Assembly (NCBI GenBank): GCA_951406725.2
Contig: OX597821.1
Coordinates: 97,216,001-97,280,000, forward strand
Direction of reading: 5' to 3'
DNA: 64,000 bases
Source of the DNA: Octopus vulgaris
Lineage: Eukaryota
Shown: positions 1 through 12,715 of the stretch, one piece after another
Layout of the letters: the number at the start of each line of letters is the position of its first letter
Numbering within the stretch: the first letter of the stretch is position 1
Made by a program: the position numbers and the translations under genes
The notes under the pieces: model-generated
What the model was told of the DNA's origin: nothing
The model's input: the letters and a program-made list of their open reading frames with translations, nothing else
Database searches by the model: none

Positions 1-315
1 CCTTAAAGGCTTTGTGAATTCTGTCGAAGACGACAGGTGAGGGTCGCGCGGTTCCTGCTCAGATCATTTATTTATTTGTATATCAAACGAATAGGCAGGA
101 CATTAGCTCAACCTCTCCGTCATATCGACATTACCTGTACGGGTGAAGAGGTGTGCCACATGTCAGACGTAATTGCAGAGCTACCTGAAATGAAGCATTA
201 TACTCAAGAGCACCTGCCTGTCTAGAAATCGAAACCACGATCTTCCGATAATTAGTGCAGCACACGAACTGCTTTATGTATATGTGTTTTATCTATATTT
301 ATGTGTCTATATATA

Positions 316-317
<2 letters not shown>

Positions 318-407
<90 letters not shown>
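318..407. repeat. (TA)n microsatellite at PLE terminus
   Basis: Pure TA run. Confidence 0.95.
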
Positions 408-413
<6 letters not shown>

Positions 414-542
414 GGTTTGGAGGTGATGTACAGGTGTTTTATATTAGAAGAAATGAGGTACTCAGAAATTCGGATGGTTTTATATTTACAGATATTTATT
501 TGCATATTACATGTTTTTATACATCATGTACATACATCATAT

Positions 543-581
543 AATCAGCGCTTTCGTCCATTTTAATGGAGTTGTCAAATT
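543..581 (-). ncRNA. Putative variant hammerhead (U3-A8 core) in PLE family 1 tail, probably inactive (G at position 17)
   Basis: aat TTGACAA c-tcca-ttaaaa-tgga-c GAA AGCGCT G att. Confidence 0.3.
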
Positions 582-919
582 GAACTAAGTTCTTGGAGAA
601 AATTTGACTATTTTTATAGTGTTATTGAGTGTGTAGTGGTGGGGAGAGATATAACATAGTACAAGAGGGTAATGAATGGGGTGAAAGTGAGAGAGAACAT
701 ATGTGTGTGTTTGTGTGTGTGTGCGTGTGTATGTGTGTGTGTGTTTTTGTATCTGAAAGAGGTGTTAAAGAAAAAGAAGGAAAGGAAGAAAAGGGGGAGA
801 AAGAAGAAAAAATTGTTTTGTTGGTCTCTTTTGTAACTGGGCAAGATGTTTACTCAAAGGGGGGCAAAATGGCATTTTTCAAAAAATTGTCTGGATTTCT
901 TTTTTAGCATTGTCTTGTG

Positions 920-1016
<97 letters not shown>

Positions 1017-1370
1017 ATGTGCGCGCGTGTGTGTGTGTGTGTTTGCATATCTGAAAGGAGTGTTAAATGGGAAAAAGAAAGAAAGTGTTTATATTTTTGC
1101 AACTGTAAATGATTTTTGGCTTTTAGAAATTGGCCACTTCAAAGGTTGTAAAATGTCACTTCTCAAAAAATTGTCTGGATTTCTTTTCATTATTGTTTTG
1201 TGTGTGTGTGGGGGGGGGGTGCCCGTGAATTTGGAAGAGAGGTCGCTGGAGAAGGGAAGAATTGTGTTGATATTAATACCACTTTTCAGTTCTTTCAATC
1301 CAATGTTTGATTCCTGTGCTTACATGGGATGGAGAATGTGGATTAGAGATTGTTTTTATTTATGTATATG

Positions 1371-1411
<41 letters not shown>

Positions 1412-1468
1412 AATACAATTTACTTTACAAATTTGGTCCTTCATCTAGTACAACTTATAGAAATATTT

Positions 1469-1963
1469 TCAGTCATTCAATTTGGGGGAGAACTTAGTTA
1501 TGAAGTATTTTTCCATATTCCTCCTGAAGGAGATGTCATTCTTTGGAAATTTGTAGAAGGAAAAGATCTTAAATTTTCCTTCTCCACATGTATCTAGGTA
1601 TTTAATCAGTGGTATCTTGCGCAGTTCCTCCTGTCGGACATGTAGGCGGTGAATTCTTGCTCGTTGGCATAAAGAATTTCCAGTTTCACCTATATAATCT
1701 TCCTTGTGTGTGTGGCAGGTTATGCAGTATATTACGTTCTGCGTCTTGCAGTTCATATCTGCATTTACTTTGAATATGTGACCACTCTTAAATTTCATTT
1801 GTTTGTCTCCCTCTATGTATTTGTAGGTGGGGTTACTGCAGATCCCACATCTACCATCTCTGCACTCTTTTACAAAGAATTCAGTTTTAGTTTCTGATGA
1901 GAATTTCGCTCTTGTTAGTTGTTTCTTCAGGTTTTTGTCTTGTCGTCTACTGTTTTTATGCAA
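1469..1963 (-). pseudogene. GIY-YIG endonuclease domain of PLE family 1
   Basis: Cys-rich linker (C..GRCGIC) then NCKTQNVIYCITCHTHKEDYIGETGNSLCQRARIH; not in frame with the upstream RT fragment. Confidence 0.85.
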
Positions 1964-2632
1964 TATTTGTTTAATATGTTTTCCATTTTGGGGCTTTGTA
2001 GGACTATTGGTAGGTTTTAATGTATGATTTGAAACATGTTGGTAACTCCAGGGTTGTGTGTGTTTATGAAAGGGATATTTTCTTTGTTTTTTGTTTTGGG
2101 TGTCCTGAGTTGTGGGATGTCCAGTTTCATTGCTCTTGAGATTCCGTTTTTTATTAGTTTAAGGGGGTATTTTTGTTCTAGTAGGAAGTTTTTAAGTTCA
2201 TTTAGTCTTATTTGGAGTGTTTGTGAGTCGGTCACTATGCTGCATATGCGTCTTGCCATACTATACGGAATGTTTCTTTTTATGTGGGATGGGTGGCAGG
2301 AGTAGAAATGTTGATCTCTATATCCAACTAATCCAGAAACGGCGTTCTCAAGTAATCGATGTACGTGTGACATTTCGTTAGTTTTACCTCTATACCTACG
2401 TGAATTATTTTTGAGTATACATTGTCTGGGAGACTTTTCTTATAGTAGAGGAAATAGCTAAACTTTTCTAAAAGTTCGGTGTGTGGTAAAGTAAATTTTT
2501 TTACTGAACCCTAATTATATAACGTAATGTTTTAAATATACCATAAATGGTCTTTTTACATACTGAACACTACTTGGTAAAATTATTAATTAATTATTAA
2601 ATAATTCATTAATTTTACCCTTTTATTATTGA

Positions 2633-2686
<54 letters not shown>

Positions 2687-3356
2687 ATAGACAAAAGACG
2701 AAGGCAGGTTTACGGAAATAAACAAAAGACGAAGGCAGGTGGAATACAAACAAACAATTGTATGTATGTATGTATGTACATATGTTTGGAGGGATATATT
2801 ATCCGGCGGATACCATATTAGCTCTCAGTTAAATTCCAGTTATCGGCTAACCACAACAACCAGTGTTTAACGTCAGTCACACCATGAATTCTTATATAAG
2901 TTGGCACTTATATATATCCTGAGTGCTAACGCACGAAAATCTCGGACCTTAATATTAATCTCTGTGAGTGTGTGTGTGTGTGTATGCGCGTGTAATTGTG
3001 TAATTTGCCCTTATATATGTGTGTTAGTTCATAGGTTAACACACAAACACATATACATGTACGTGTGTGTACGGGTTCAGAAAGGCCTTTTTTTCCTTTT
3101 TCCACTGGTCACCAGTTGCACTTCCCGTGCTATAACTTGTTCTCTAGATCACACTTGACAGACAAGCATTACAAAATGCTGAAATCGTGCTGTCTACCAT
3201 TTTTCTTTTCTTTCAACCTATGTTTATATTGGCTCTGAATGGGAAGCTAAGCTTTTTTAAATACACCTGCAATAATTTGAGATGAATACAAGGAAATATC
3301 AGTTTGATAATTACTCTGTTTACCTGTATATATATACACACACACACATTCACACA

Positions 3357-3404
<48 letters not shown>

Positions 3405-3546
3405 TAAAAATAAGGGTGTCTGAGAGACACCACCATGCCGAAATAGCAGTCAAAACCCTGACTCTAAAAGCCACGTTAAATGTTCATATCGTACCATGAG
3501 ATAAGACAGAGGGACAAAATAGACTAGCAAAAAATATTATTGAATA

Positions 3547-3605
3547 ATTCAAGATCCAGGATTTCTGATTTTGCTTTAAATAAGCTTTACCGTCATCGGT
3601 TGAAT
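3547..3605 (-). ncRNA. Type I hammerhead ribozyme, U4C core variant
   Basis: attcaa CCGATGA [cggtaaagcttatttaaagcaaaatca] GAA ATCC-T-GGAT C ttgaat: 6-bp helix I, helix III ATCC/GGAT, AUC triplet; within a ~370-bp segment (3400-3770) flanked by TA repeats. Confidence 0.7.
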
Positions 3606-3778
3606 ATATCAAAGCACATAAATAGAAATATATATATGCAGAACAAACGTTATACTTACATATACGAACGTCCATACATACATATATATGCACGTATGCA
3701 CAAGGCCAGTTAAATTGCCCGCCAAAACACCTCATAAGCACGATATGGTCAAAATAAACACCGCAGTGTTTATAAATT

Positions 3779-3813
<35 letters not shown>

Positions 3814-3964
3814 ACTCACACACACATACATATATATGTATGAATGTATATATATACAGACATATACATACATGTATATATACAGACATATATACATACA
3901 TGCACACGCGCACACACACACACACACACACATCTGTACATACATTCTTATATATACACACTTC

Positions 3965-4250
3965 GTTTTTGTATATGGTTTGCAAGATTCTTTATATGAA
4001 TTCGTGTACTGAAGCAAATTTTGTTGTGCATGGGGAGAGTTATACTGTCTTGATATCTAATGCATTCGCCGATTCAATTTCCACTCTTTTTTTCTTTCTT
4101 TTTTTTTTGTTTTGGTCTTCCAAAACTTTTCCAAAAATATTCGTTGCTTTCGCAAGAGACACGAAGAAAAAAAAATAAATGAGTCGAAATTGAACAGGTG
4201 AGTGTGTTAGATTTTAAGGTAGTATGACTCTCCCCAGACACAACAATATA
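3965..4250. mobile_element. ORF-less inverted (hairpin) PLE-like element, family H2
   Basis: Diverged inverted arms ~4021-4086 and ~4181-4246; homologous to 12102-12345 and 35915-36110. Confidence 0.55.
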
Positions 4251-4296
4251 TGTGTGTGTATGTGTAGGTAAAAAATTAATAAGTGCATGCGTTATA

Positions 4297-4682
4297 TCTC
4301 TCTATATATAAACGGCAGTTTGTCTGTGTGTGTTTCTGTGTGTCTGTTTGGTTGTACCCTCACTCTGACCACGGCTTTCAACCGATTCTGATGAAACTTG
4401 ACACACACATAGCCCAATGTCATAATTCAAAACTAACGCAGCGAAAATTTTGAAAAGTTCCCCCAGTTCTGAAAAGGATCGATAAATTCGACATGGGGTC
4501 GACAATCAGAAACACAAACCACAGATGGTCTAGGGGACGCAACTCGACCTTTTTAACTATCAAAAAAAAATTTACCATCATTTTTTTTCCCATTTTTTTG
4601 CTATTTTTTGGCTATAACTCTCTAAAAATGCTTTATAGTTATTTCCCTTACAAACCCGAGCAACGCCGGGCGATACTGCTAG
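4297..4682 (+). mobile_element. Non-autonomous Helitron
   Basis: 5' TC(TCTCTATATATAAA), subterminal hairpin cccgagcaacgccggg, 3' CTAG, inserted between A and T without TSD. Confidence 0.85.
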
Positions 4683-4736
4683 TAAATAATATTTTCAGGA
4701 CTAGATAAAAACACAGCGGAAAATATGACATACCTG

Positions 4737-4791
<55 letters not shown>

Positions 4792-5086
4792 TGCACGGAT
4801 TTTTGTCACTGAACAGGTCGCGGTCTTATAGCGACGTAAATATTTTGACAAATTAAACTTAAATGTTCAAGTGAATCGAACGGCTTTTGTGTGTTTCTTA
4901 AATGGCTTACAAACACCTTCCACGCTGCAATTGTTTTCGTTTCAGCACACCATCTCAGATCAAATCACTTGCTATGCAAGTACATCTCTGTAATATATAT
5001 ATATATAGTTTTTAAAAATATGTAGAAAATAAACATAAGAACATATACTAAATACACAGACGAATGGAAAACACAGGAGAACGGAA

Positions 5087-5334
5087 CAATATTTCCCCGA
5101 CTATTGCGGGTGTTACGTTTCAAAACCATCCCCACGAGAGGTGAAAATCCGCGAGGTAGAAACTACTGTAATGCGTATTTTTTTTTATTTTTATAATTTG
5201 TATATATTTATTTTATTATAAATGCAAAACAACACCACGGAGGAATCGACGTAAGCTTAAATAACAAACCGCGATAGGTGAACCATGACAGGTGAACCGC
5301 GATAGGTGAACCGCGATATGGTGACGGATTACTG
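5087..5334. mobile_element. Tigger/pogo-like MITE
   Basis: Right end reads CAGTAATCCGTCACCATATCGCGGTTCACCTATCGCGG on the minus strand, followed by TA; left TIR degenerate; subterminal ccgcgataggtgaa repeats. Confidence 0.55.
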
Positions 5335-5348
5335 TATATATATATATA

Positions 5349-5395
<47 letters not shown>

Positions 5396-5409
5396 AACGA
5401 ATACATACA

Positions 5410-5460
<51 letters not shown>

Positions 5461-6175
5461 ATGTATGTATTCGTTGTTTATATCAATTTTAGTACTTGAC
5501 TGAGAGTTTATTTTATAAAGCCCTCAAAGATCAAATTCATTAGATGTATTTGACCTTAGCGTACCTTACTTCCTAATACCTATTTCTATCATTCCTTCAG
5601 AGTCCAGTGGTCAAAAAGTAGATCGTTTTCGGACAGTTAGAAATAGCAGCCAAATCTTCCAAAAACAAATCGCATCATATTCTCTGGGAAAGTAAGACAC
5701 ATTAGATAACATATTCATAGATTTGTTGTTTGAAAAATAAAAGATGACGGGCAAGGTTATAGCTGGTCATAGATCTACTGGAAAAGATCCACTGCTGTAA
5801 CGACCCTATTTTCCTCGCATTTAGTTGGGCTCGTTCCCCTGCACTCAAGCATTCCCAACCCACTTGTTTCGCTTCCCTTCATCACTCCTGCTGTACCCAA
5901 CCCTTATCAGGCCCCCACACTAATCACTTTTCCCAGGTCTTCCTTCCCAGAGCGTCAGTCCTCTGCATTTCCTCCCTTGCTCAGGCCTTTACTGCACAGT
6001 GTTGCTGATTTGGAAAATTTTAAGAGGACCCTTAATGGCTTCGCCCTTGCCAGTCTAAGGAGGCTTAGCAAAGGCCATGGCACTGCGCCTTCTTTCAGAT
6101 TCAGCAAGTAAAAAAACAAATTAATTGTCCATTTCATTATCTCAGAAACTGCTGAAGTTAGGAATACCTAATGAC

Positions 6176-6209
<34 letters not shown>

Positions 6210-6217
6210 GTAATAAT

Positions 6218-6304
6218 AATAAGTATCAGTTGAACTCCGGGGTCAATTTAATCGACTAGCCCCTTACTCCTAAAATTGCTGGTCTTGTGCCAAAGTTTGA
6301 AACA

Positions 6305-6355
<51 letters not shown>

Positions 6356-6482
6356 TCTATTTTATTTTTTCTTCTTTCAAATTTGCTTCCATTTCTTGCC
6401 GAGTGTCTTCTTTGCCCTAGGAGTCGGGAAGACACTCGGCAAGAAATGGAAGCAAATTTGAAAGAAGAAGAAAAAACCCACA

Positions 6483-6534
<52 letters not shown>

Positions 6535-6653
6535 GTAATAATAATAATAATAAAAATAATAATAATTGTTTCAAACTTTGGCACAAGACCAGCAATTTTA
6601 GGAGTAAGGGGCTAGTCGATTAAATTGACCCCGGAGTTCAACTGATACTTATT
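6218..6653. repeat. Large inverted duplication (arms ~190-225 bp, 17-nt loop)
   Basis: 6218-6410 is the reverse complement of 6428-6653; unique blocks are essentially identical. Confidence 0.9.
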
Positions 6654-6776
6654 TTATGGACCCTGATGAAAGGCAAAATCGACATCGGCGGAGTCTGAAC
6701 TCAAAATGTAAAGAGCCAGAAGAAATCCTGCGAAGCTTTCTATCCGATGCACAAACGATTCTGTCAGATCGCCACC
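6559..6776 (-). mobile_element. SINE family B, variant tail (B2), (ATT)n-tailed
   Basis: Homology to family B head and central domain; tail ttgtgccaaagtttgaaac. Confidence 0.7.
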
Positions 6777-7269
6777 AAGAGCTTATTGTACAGCTTACAC
6801 AGGCGTGCCACATCTCACCGGAAAAGGATAAAAGAAAGGATAGGAATTAACAATAAATCTAGTAAACTGTGTTGATGTCTGAAAGCCATGTATACCTTTA
6901 GAAAATCAACGGACGGTCGACAAAGGTTTTACTTAGTTATGCTTAGACACCAGCCTTTTAGAAATACGGGTTGTCCAACACTGATAATCGTTGGCAACAA
7001 TGCCTTGGTCACGTTCACCAACAGGCTTCTTATGGTTGGAGTTGTAGACGGTGAAGGTAAATTCGGGTTTTTCCTTCCAAAATTGTTTTTATCAATGATT
7101 AACTGAAGAGAATAAAAACTGTTATGTAATTCACGGTTGTTTTGTTTGTCTTATCAAAACTTTATTTATCATGTTTTTAAACCCGCTCCATTCAAAACGT
7201 AAGATATTGGAGCGTATTGCTACATCTAATGTGAGAAATGAGGTCAGTAACTAACCATCCGTTCTTTCG

Positions 7270-7570
7270 AATGAAAGGATTCCCGAGAAGGACGTGGGGA
7301 CAGAATCCTCAGGCACCTTCTCCATAGAGTCCTATAAAAAAACAACAACCGTCATTAGAGTTATCGGCTGGATTTCCAGGCCTGGCCACTGGAGACTACG
7401 GATATTATCCAAGCATCTCGTTCTTGGTCTGCTCCTAGTATACCTGCCAGTTGGTTTTGGCTTGAGAATCTGCTTTGCGATCCTTTCCTGCCACATTCAA
7501 ATCACAGGTCCGTGATTCTGGAGCTGTGACCACCCAATGCAGAAAAGTAGCGACTCGACTTGGAGAAACT
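7270..7570 (-). mobile_element. Degenerate RTE-clade LINE 3' fragment
   Basis: Frameshifted translation ERIAKQI..AKPTGRYTRSRPRTRCLDNI...RTLWRRCL; similar to 51780-52110. Confidence 0.55.
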
Positions 7571-7580
7571 CTCTGATCTC

Positions 7581-8221
7581 CGATGGGTGCTGAAAAGTTC
7601 CTGACAATGGGTAAAAAAAAAAAAAAATTAAGAGGAGGATCAGTTGATTATGATTTTATTCAACGTAGGAGTGGCTGTATGGTAAGTAGCTTGCTTACCA
7701 GCCACTTGGTTCCGGGTTCAGTCCCACTGCGTGGCATCTTGGCCCAGTGTCTTCTAATATAGCCTCGGGCCGACCAAAGCCTTGTGAGTGGATTTGGTAG
7801 ACGGAAACTGAAAGAAACCCGTCGTATGTATATATATATATATGTATGTATGTATGTGTGTGTATATGTTTATGTATCTGTATTTCCCCCACCCCCCAAC
7901 ATCGCTTGAAAACCGATGCTGGTGTATTTACGTCCCCGTAACTTAGTGGTTCGTCAAAAAGAGGGCGATAGAATAAGTACTAGGCTTACAAAAAATAAGT
8001 CCTGGGGTCGATGTGCTCGACTAAAGGCGGTGCTCCAGCATGGCCGCAGTCAAATTACTGAAACAAGCAAAAGAGTAAAGAGTATTCCCCTCTCAGATTC
8101 ACACACTTATTGCAGCGGTCCTTCAGTTTGTCTAAGCCCTGTAAAATAACTCGGAAGGTTAGGCCTCTAGCCAGGCGTTTCGCGACACCTTTAAAGCCAG
8201 GAACTTTTCAGCACTCTCTAG
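7581..8221 (-). mobile_element. mariner-derived MITE interrupted by a SINE
   Basis: TIR core gtgctgaaaagttcctg / caggaacttttcagcac. Removing the SINE restores LQGLDKLKDRCNKCVNLRGEYVE*, a mariner transposase C-terminus. Confidence 0.75.
7665..8084 (+). mobile_element. SINE family A (tRNA head, CORE-like segment, internal microsatellite)
   Basis: A box tggctgtatgg, B box ggttcagtccc, tail aaacaagcaaaagagt. Confidence 0.9.
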
Positions 8222-8678
8222 TACATATTTATAGCAATACTTAATTTTTTGATGGTTGTAACAATAGTTTGTAGTGGCCCCGTAGTTATAAATATATTCA
8301 AATATTCACCATAAATATGGAGAATTGCATTCACACACTCATCGGTTCACACAGTTTCTTATAAAAATTGCTGAGTTAATAGTTACTAAAACAATATACA
8401 TTAAACCACTGACCATATGCATAAATTCATCCATATACGTGCAAAGTTACACATCAATTCAATATATTTAAGATACTGGTTGTTATAATAGTCAATAGTT
8501 TAAAGTATATTCAATACAGACCATATGTGTAAGGAAAATAGCTTTTTTTTATTATTGTTATTTAAACTGCGAGAAATGAAGAGATAGTGGGAGTACATTG
8601 AGTGTAGCTCTAGTTTTTGTTTTTCTTCTTTTACTTTGCACATACATACATACTTTCATTCATACATACATACATATA

Positions 8679-8840
8679 GGCGCAGGAGTGGCTGTGTCGT
8701 AAGTAGCTTGTTTACCAACCACATGGTTCCGGGTTCAGTCCCAACTGCTTGGCACCTTGGGCGAATGTCTTCTGCTATAGCCTCGGGCCGACCAAAGCCT
8801 TGCGAGTGGATTTGGTAGACAGAAACTGAAAGAAGCCCGT

Positions 8841-8901
<61 letters not shown>

Positions 8902-9118
8902 TTGTGTGTCTGTGTTTGTCCCCCTAGCATTGCTTGACAACCGATGCTGGTGTGTTTACGTCCCCGTTACATAGCGGTGCGGCAAAAGAGACCAATAGAA
9001 TAAGTACTGGGCTTACAAAAGAATAAGTCCCGGGGTCGAGTTGCTCGATTAAAGGCGGTGCTCCAGCATGGCCGCAGTCAAATGACTGAAACAAGTAAAA
9101 GAGAGAGTAAAGAGTAAA
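8679..9118 (+). mobile_element. SINE family A, full length
   Basis: ggcgcaggagtggctgtg...ggttcagtccc...accttgggc...(TA)n(TG)n...gactgaaacaagtaaaagag. Confidence 0.92.
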
Positions 9119-9690
9119 AAAGGGGGAAAAGAGAGACATACACACACACATACATACATACATACAAATGTATACATACGTATATATAAACATACATATA
9201 TGTATATATTGTTTATGCATGCATATTTATATATATATATATACATAAAGTGCCTGGAGTAATTTGCCAACTTATACGTATACTGATATATAGACGCGTA
9301 AACATTCCGACTCGCATCGACTTTTAGATGATTATTAATATTTGTGAAAAGGCGAATCACGTTCACTCGAAGACAAACGTATTTCTATATATTTTGTTAT
9401 ATGTAACTGGGTTACAGTTTTTTTTTTTGTTTTTTTTTTTACCTTTCACTTGTTTGTTTATATATTTGCTTGCTTATTGCAACACACCTGAGGCTTATTT
9501 TTCATTTTGTTCTGCTTTCTTTCATTTTTCTTGGTTACGCTGCTATTTGACACAAGGAGTTATGTCCCATTAACGCGGCCTTAAAAACATGATACGCACG
9601 CGCTCGAGCGCACGAACACGTACACGTATACACACACCACTGAACTCAACACGCCCCCCCCCCCCATTCTCTGTGGGTTTCCTCTTATTG

Positions 9691-9726
9691 CTTTCTGTCG
9701 AAGAGCGTAGGCTCGAAACGTAAAAG
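9691..9726 (+). ncRNA. Minimal hammerhead-like motif (A6U variant) in a PLE terminal fragment
   Basis: cttt CTGTCGA a gagc-gtag-gctc GAA ACGT A aaag; downstream tail is related to 19803-19868 and 2685-2760; ends in (TA)n. Confidence 0.55.
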
Positions 9727-9813
9727 ACTTTTCCATTTTTTTCCGAGCGTCAAACTAATACACTTGTTCGTTGTACCTACACCTGTCTTCGTCTTTGTTT
9801 TTCTACAGATTTG

Positions 9814-10045
<232 letters not shown>

Positions 10046-10523
10046 TTGTCACATTATCGACTTCGCTGTTCTGTCCAAAGTAGTGGACAGCCCTTTTATT
10101 GTCACTAAACTCGACAGCTTTACCAACATCCATGAAATTTACGTAGAAACCACTCTCCACCCCATCTCTTTTAACTCCAGGTTACAACGTTACACATTAC
10201 TCAGTATTTCATCGGATAAGAAAAAGCAAATCGGTTGCCGTATTATCTCTATCACCTTAGCAACCGGACACGAATACGATGATATTACGCTCTCAAACGG
10301 TCTGTGACGGCCTTGGGGACTCAACGCTTTACTCCAGGATCGAAAGGAAAAGAAAATTCTCCTCATGGTCAACTTTGCCTTTGGTCCTCCCAGAGTCGAT
10401 AAAATAAAGAACTATTCAGGTATCAGATCGGTTTAATCTTTAGTACCTTCCACACCACAACCGCAGAGGTGGAGCCCTTGTGGTTATATTAAACATGTTA
10501 AATACACTCTACTAACATTCAGC

Positions 10524-10600
<77 letters not shown>

Positions 10601-11007
10601 CATTGTGTACAGTGCTCAGGTGCACTACAACTCATCTGGGTACATAGGGTAATGTACAAGCGTCAGGAAAAGAACAGTGCATGAGTCATGACATACACAT
10701 ATGTGTGGAATTATTACTTGTATTAAGTTAGCTTTGTCCGTTTAAAGTATGTTTGTTTCAGTAATACATCTACCCACGTGAGCTACTGTACTACCTACAA
10801 GTAGGTATCTAAGTGACATGTAATGTTTACTAACAAATTATATTTGTTTACCAAAATACTGGACAACGTGTGAGACACTTCGACATAAAGTGAGAATGGC
10901 CAAGTGGAAACAATAAAGGGGGGATAATTCTAGTTGAAACTAAAACAGGTTAGAGATCTCAGAGCGAGCTTCATAAATACATACATTTACACAGATATAT
11001 ACATACG

Positions 11008-11057
<50 letters not shown>

Positions 11058-11164
11058 CGTATGTATATATCTATGCGTAAATGTATGTATGCATGCATGC
11101 ATAAATGCATATACTCACATACATACAAATCTCCTACAGATATGTATGGTACATGTAATATACC

Positions 11165-11395
11165 TATTTCTTTACTACCCACAAGGGGCTAAACACAGAG
11201 AGGACAAACAAGGACAGACAAAGGGATTAAGTCGATCATATCGACCCCAGTGCGTAACTGGTACTTATTTAATCTACCCCGAAAGGACGAAAGGCAAAGT
11301 CGACCTCGGCGGAATTTGAACTCAGAACGTAACGGCAGACGAAATACCGCTAAGAATTTCGCCCGGCGTGCTAACGTTTCTGCCAGCTCGCCGCC
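11165..11395 (-). mobile_element. SINE family B (tRNA-like head + Meta-like central domain)
   Basis: Full length; central gactttgcctttcgtcctttcgggg; 14-bp TSD gtacatgtaatata. Confidence 0.9.
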
Positions 11396-11585
11396 TTTTG
11401 TACATGTAATATATCATCTTCGTTTTAACGACCACTTCTTGTTTGCATGTGTCAGACGGAATTTGTTTTCCAACAGAGTAATACTTCCTAAGACCAGATG
11501 TGTTTTCGTATGAGATTGGAAATGAATGACACTGTTCGAAGATATCTACAACTATCTCTTGCTGTTAAGAATGGGAAAATAGGCT

Positions 11586-11622
<37 letters not shown>

Positions 11623-12101
11623 AAACACACATCCACGCAACAAATTAATTTCAAATTTTGACACATGGCCTACGAGTTCGGGGAATAGGGCTAGTCGATT
11701 ATATCAATTCTATTCTCAACTGGTCCATACTTAGTCGACCCTGAAAGGATGAAACGCAAAGTCGACCTAAACTCAAAACGTAACTTTAGACAAAAAGGGT
11801 GCCAAACATTTTGCCCAGCGAGCTTACGATTTTGCCGCCTTTCGCAATACGTATATTGATATAAAAAACGACAGGCTTCTTTCAGTTTCCGTCTGCCAAA
11901 TCCACTCTCAAGATTTTGGTCCGCCCAAGGCTACAGTAAAAGATGCTCAATATACATGCAGTTGGACTGAATCTGATGCCACTTGAGTGGGAAGCAACTC
12001 GTTTTAACGACCACTTCTTCCTGCAGTCACATATTTGTTAATACGTTTCTTTGTCTCTGTGTCTGTATCTGTATGTATATATATATGTGTGTGTACGTAT
12101 G

Positions 12102-12345
12102 TATTCTGTTGTGTCTGAGGAGAGTCATTTTCTTTTTGTGCCTTATAATTTAACACACTCACCAGTAAAATTTCCACTTCTTTCTTATTTTTATTTTCCT
12201 AAAATATTCATTGCATCTTGCAACCTTTTCAATAGTCTTGACTCACATTATAAGGCACAAAAAGAAAATGACTCTCCCTAGATGCAACAGAATATGCTTC
12301 AACACACGAACTCATATAAAGAATCTTGCAAACCAAACGAAATAT
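12102..12345. mobile_element. Hairpin PLE-like element family H2 with hammerhead-like motif
   Basis: Inverted arms 12102-12149 and 12247-12294 plus ~50-bp one-sided tail; minus strand 12199-12235 reads cta TTGAAAA ggttgc aagat gcaat GAA TATTT tag. Confidence 0.6.
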
Positions 12346-12352
12346 ATGTATG

Positions 12353-12715
12353 CAGTCATTTGACTGCGGCCATGCTGGAGCACCGCCTTTAGTCAAGCAA
12401 ACCAACCCCAGGACTTATTCTTTGTAAGCCTAGTACTTATTCTATCGGTCTCTTTTTGCCGAACCGCTAAGTTACGGGAACGTAAACACGCCAGCATCGG
12501 TTGTCAAGCGGGAACAAACACACACACACAGACATATATATATACATATATACGACGGGCTTCTTTCAGTTTCCGTCTACCAAATCCACTCACAAGGCTT
12601 TGGTCGGCCTGAGGCTATAGTAGAAGACACTTTCCCAAGGTGCCACGCAGTGGGACTGAACCCGGAACCATGTGGTTGGTAAGCAAGCTACTTACCACAC
12701 AGCCACTCCTGCGCC
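12353..12715 (-). mobile_element. SINE family A
   Basis: Homology to 8679-9118. Confidence 0.9.

Larger units (their letters stand above)
407..2325 (-). mobile_element. Penelope-like retroelement family 1, 5'-truncated (RT thumb + GIY-YIG endonuclease + long 3' tail)
   Basis: ORF 2017-2373 contains SCHPSHIKRNIPYSMARRICSIV (PLE RT C-terminus). ORF 1469-1963 contains VIYCITC...YIGETG...R...H (GIY-YIG). Tail 407-1470 is homologous to 26510-27246 and 36235-36617 and ends in (TA)n. Confidence 0.9.

Noticed and set aside
5796-6170. Solo LTR beginning TGTAACGACCC
   Set aside because: No matching terminal ..TTACA, TSD or second LTR found.
8255-8350. CCGATGA hammerhead candidate on the minus strand
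   Set aside because: No GAAA in position and helix I does not pair.
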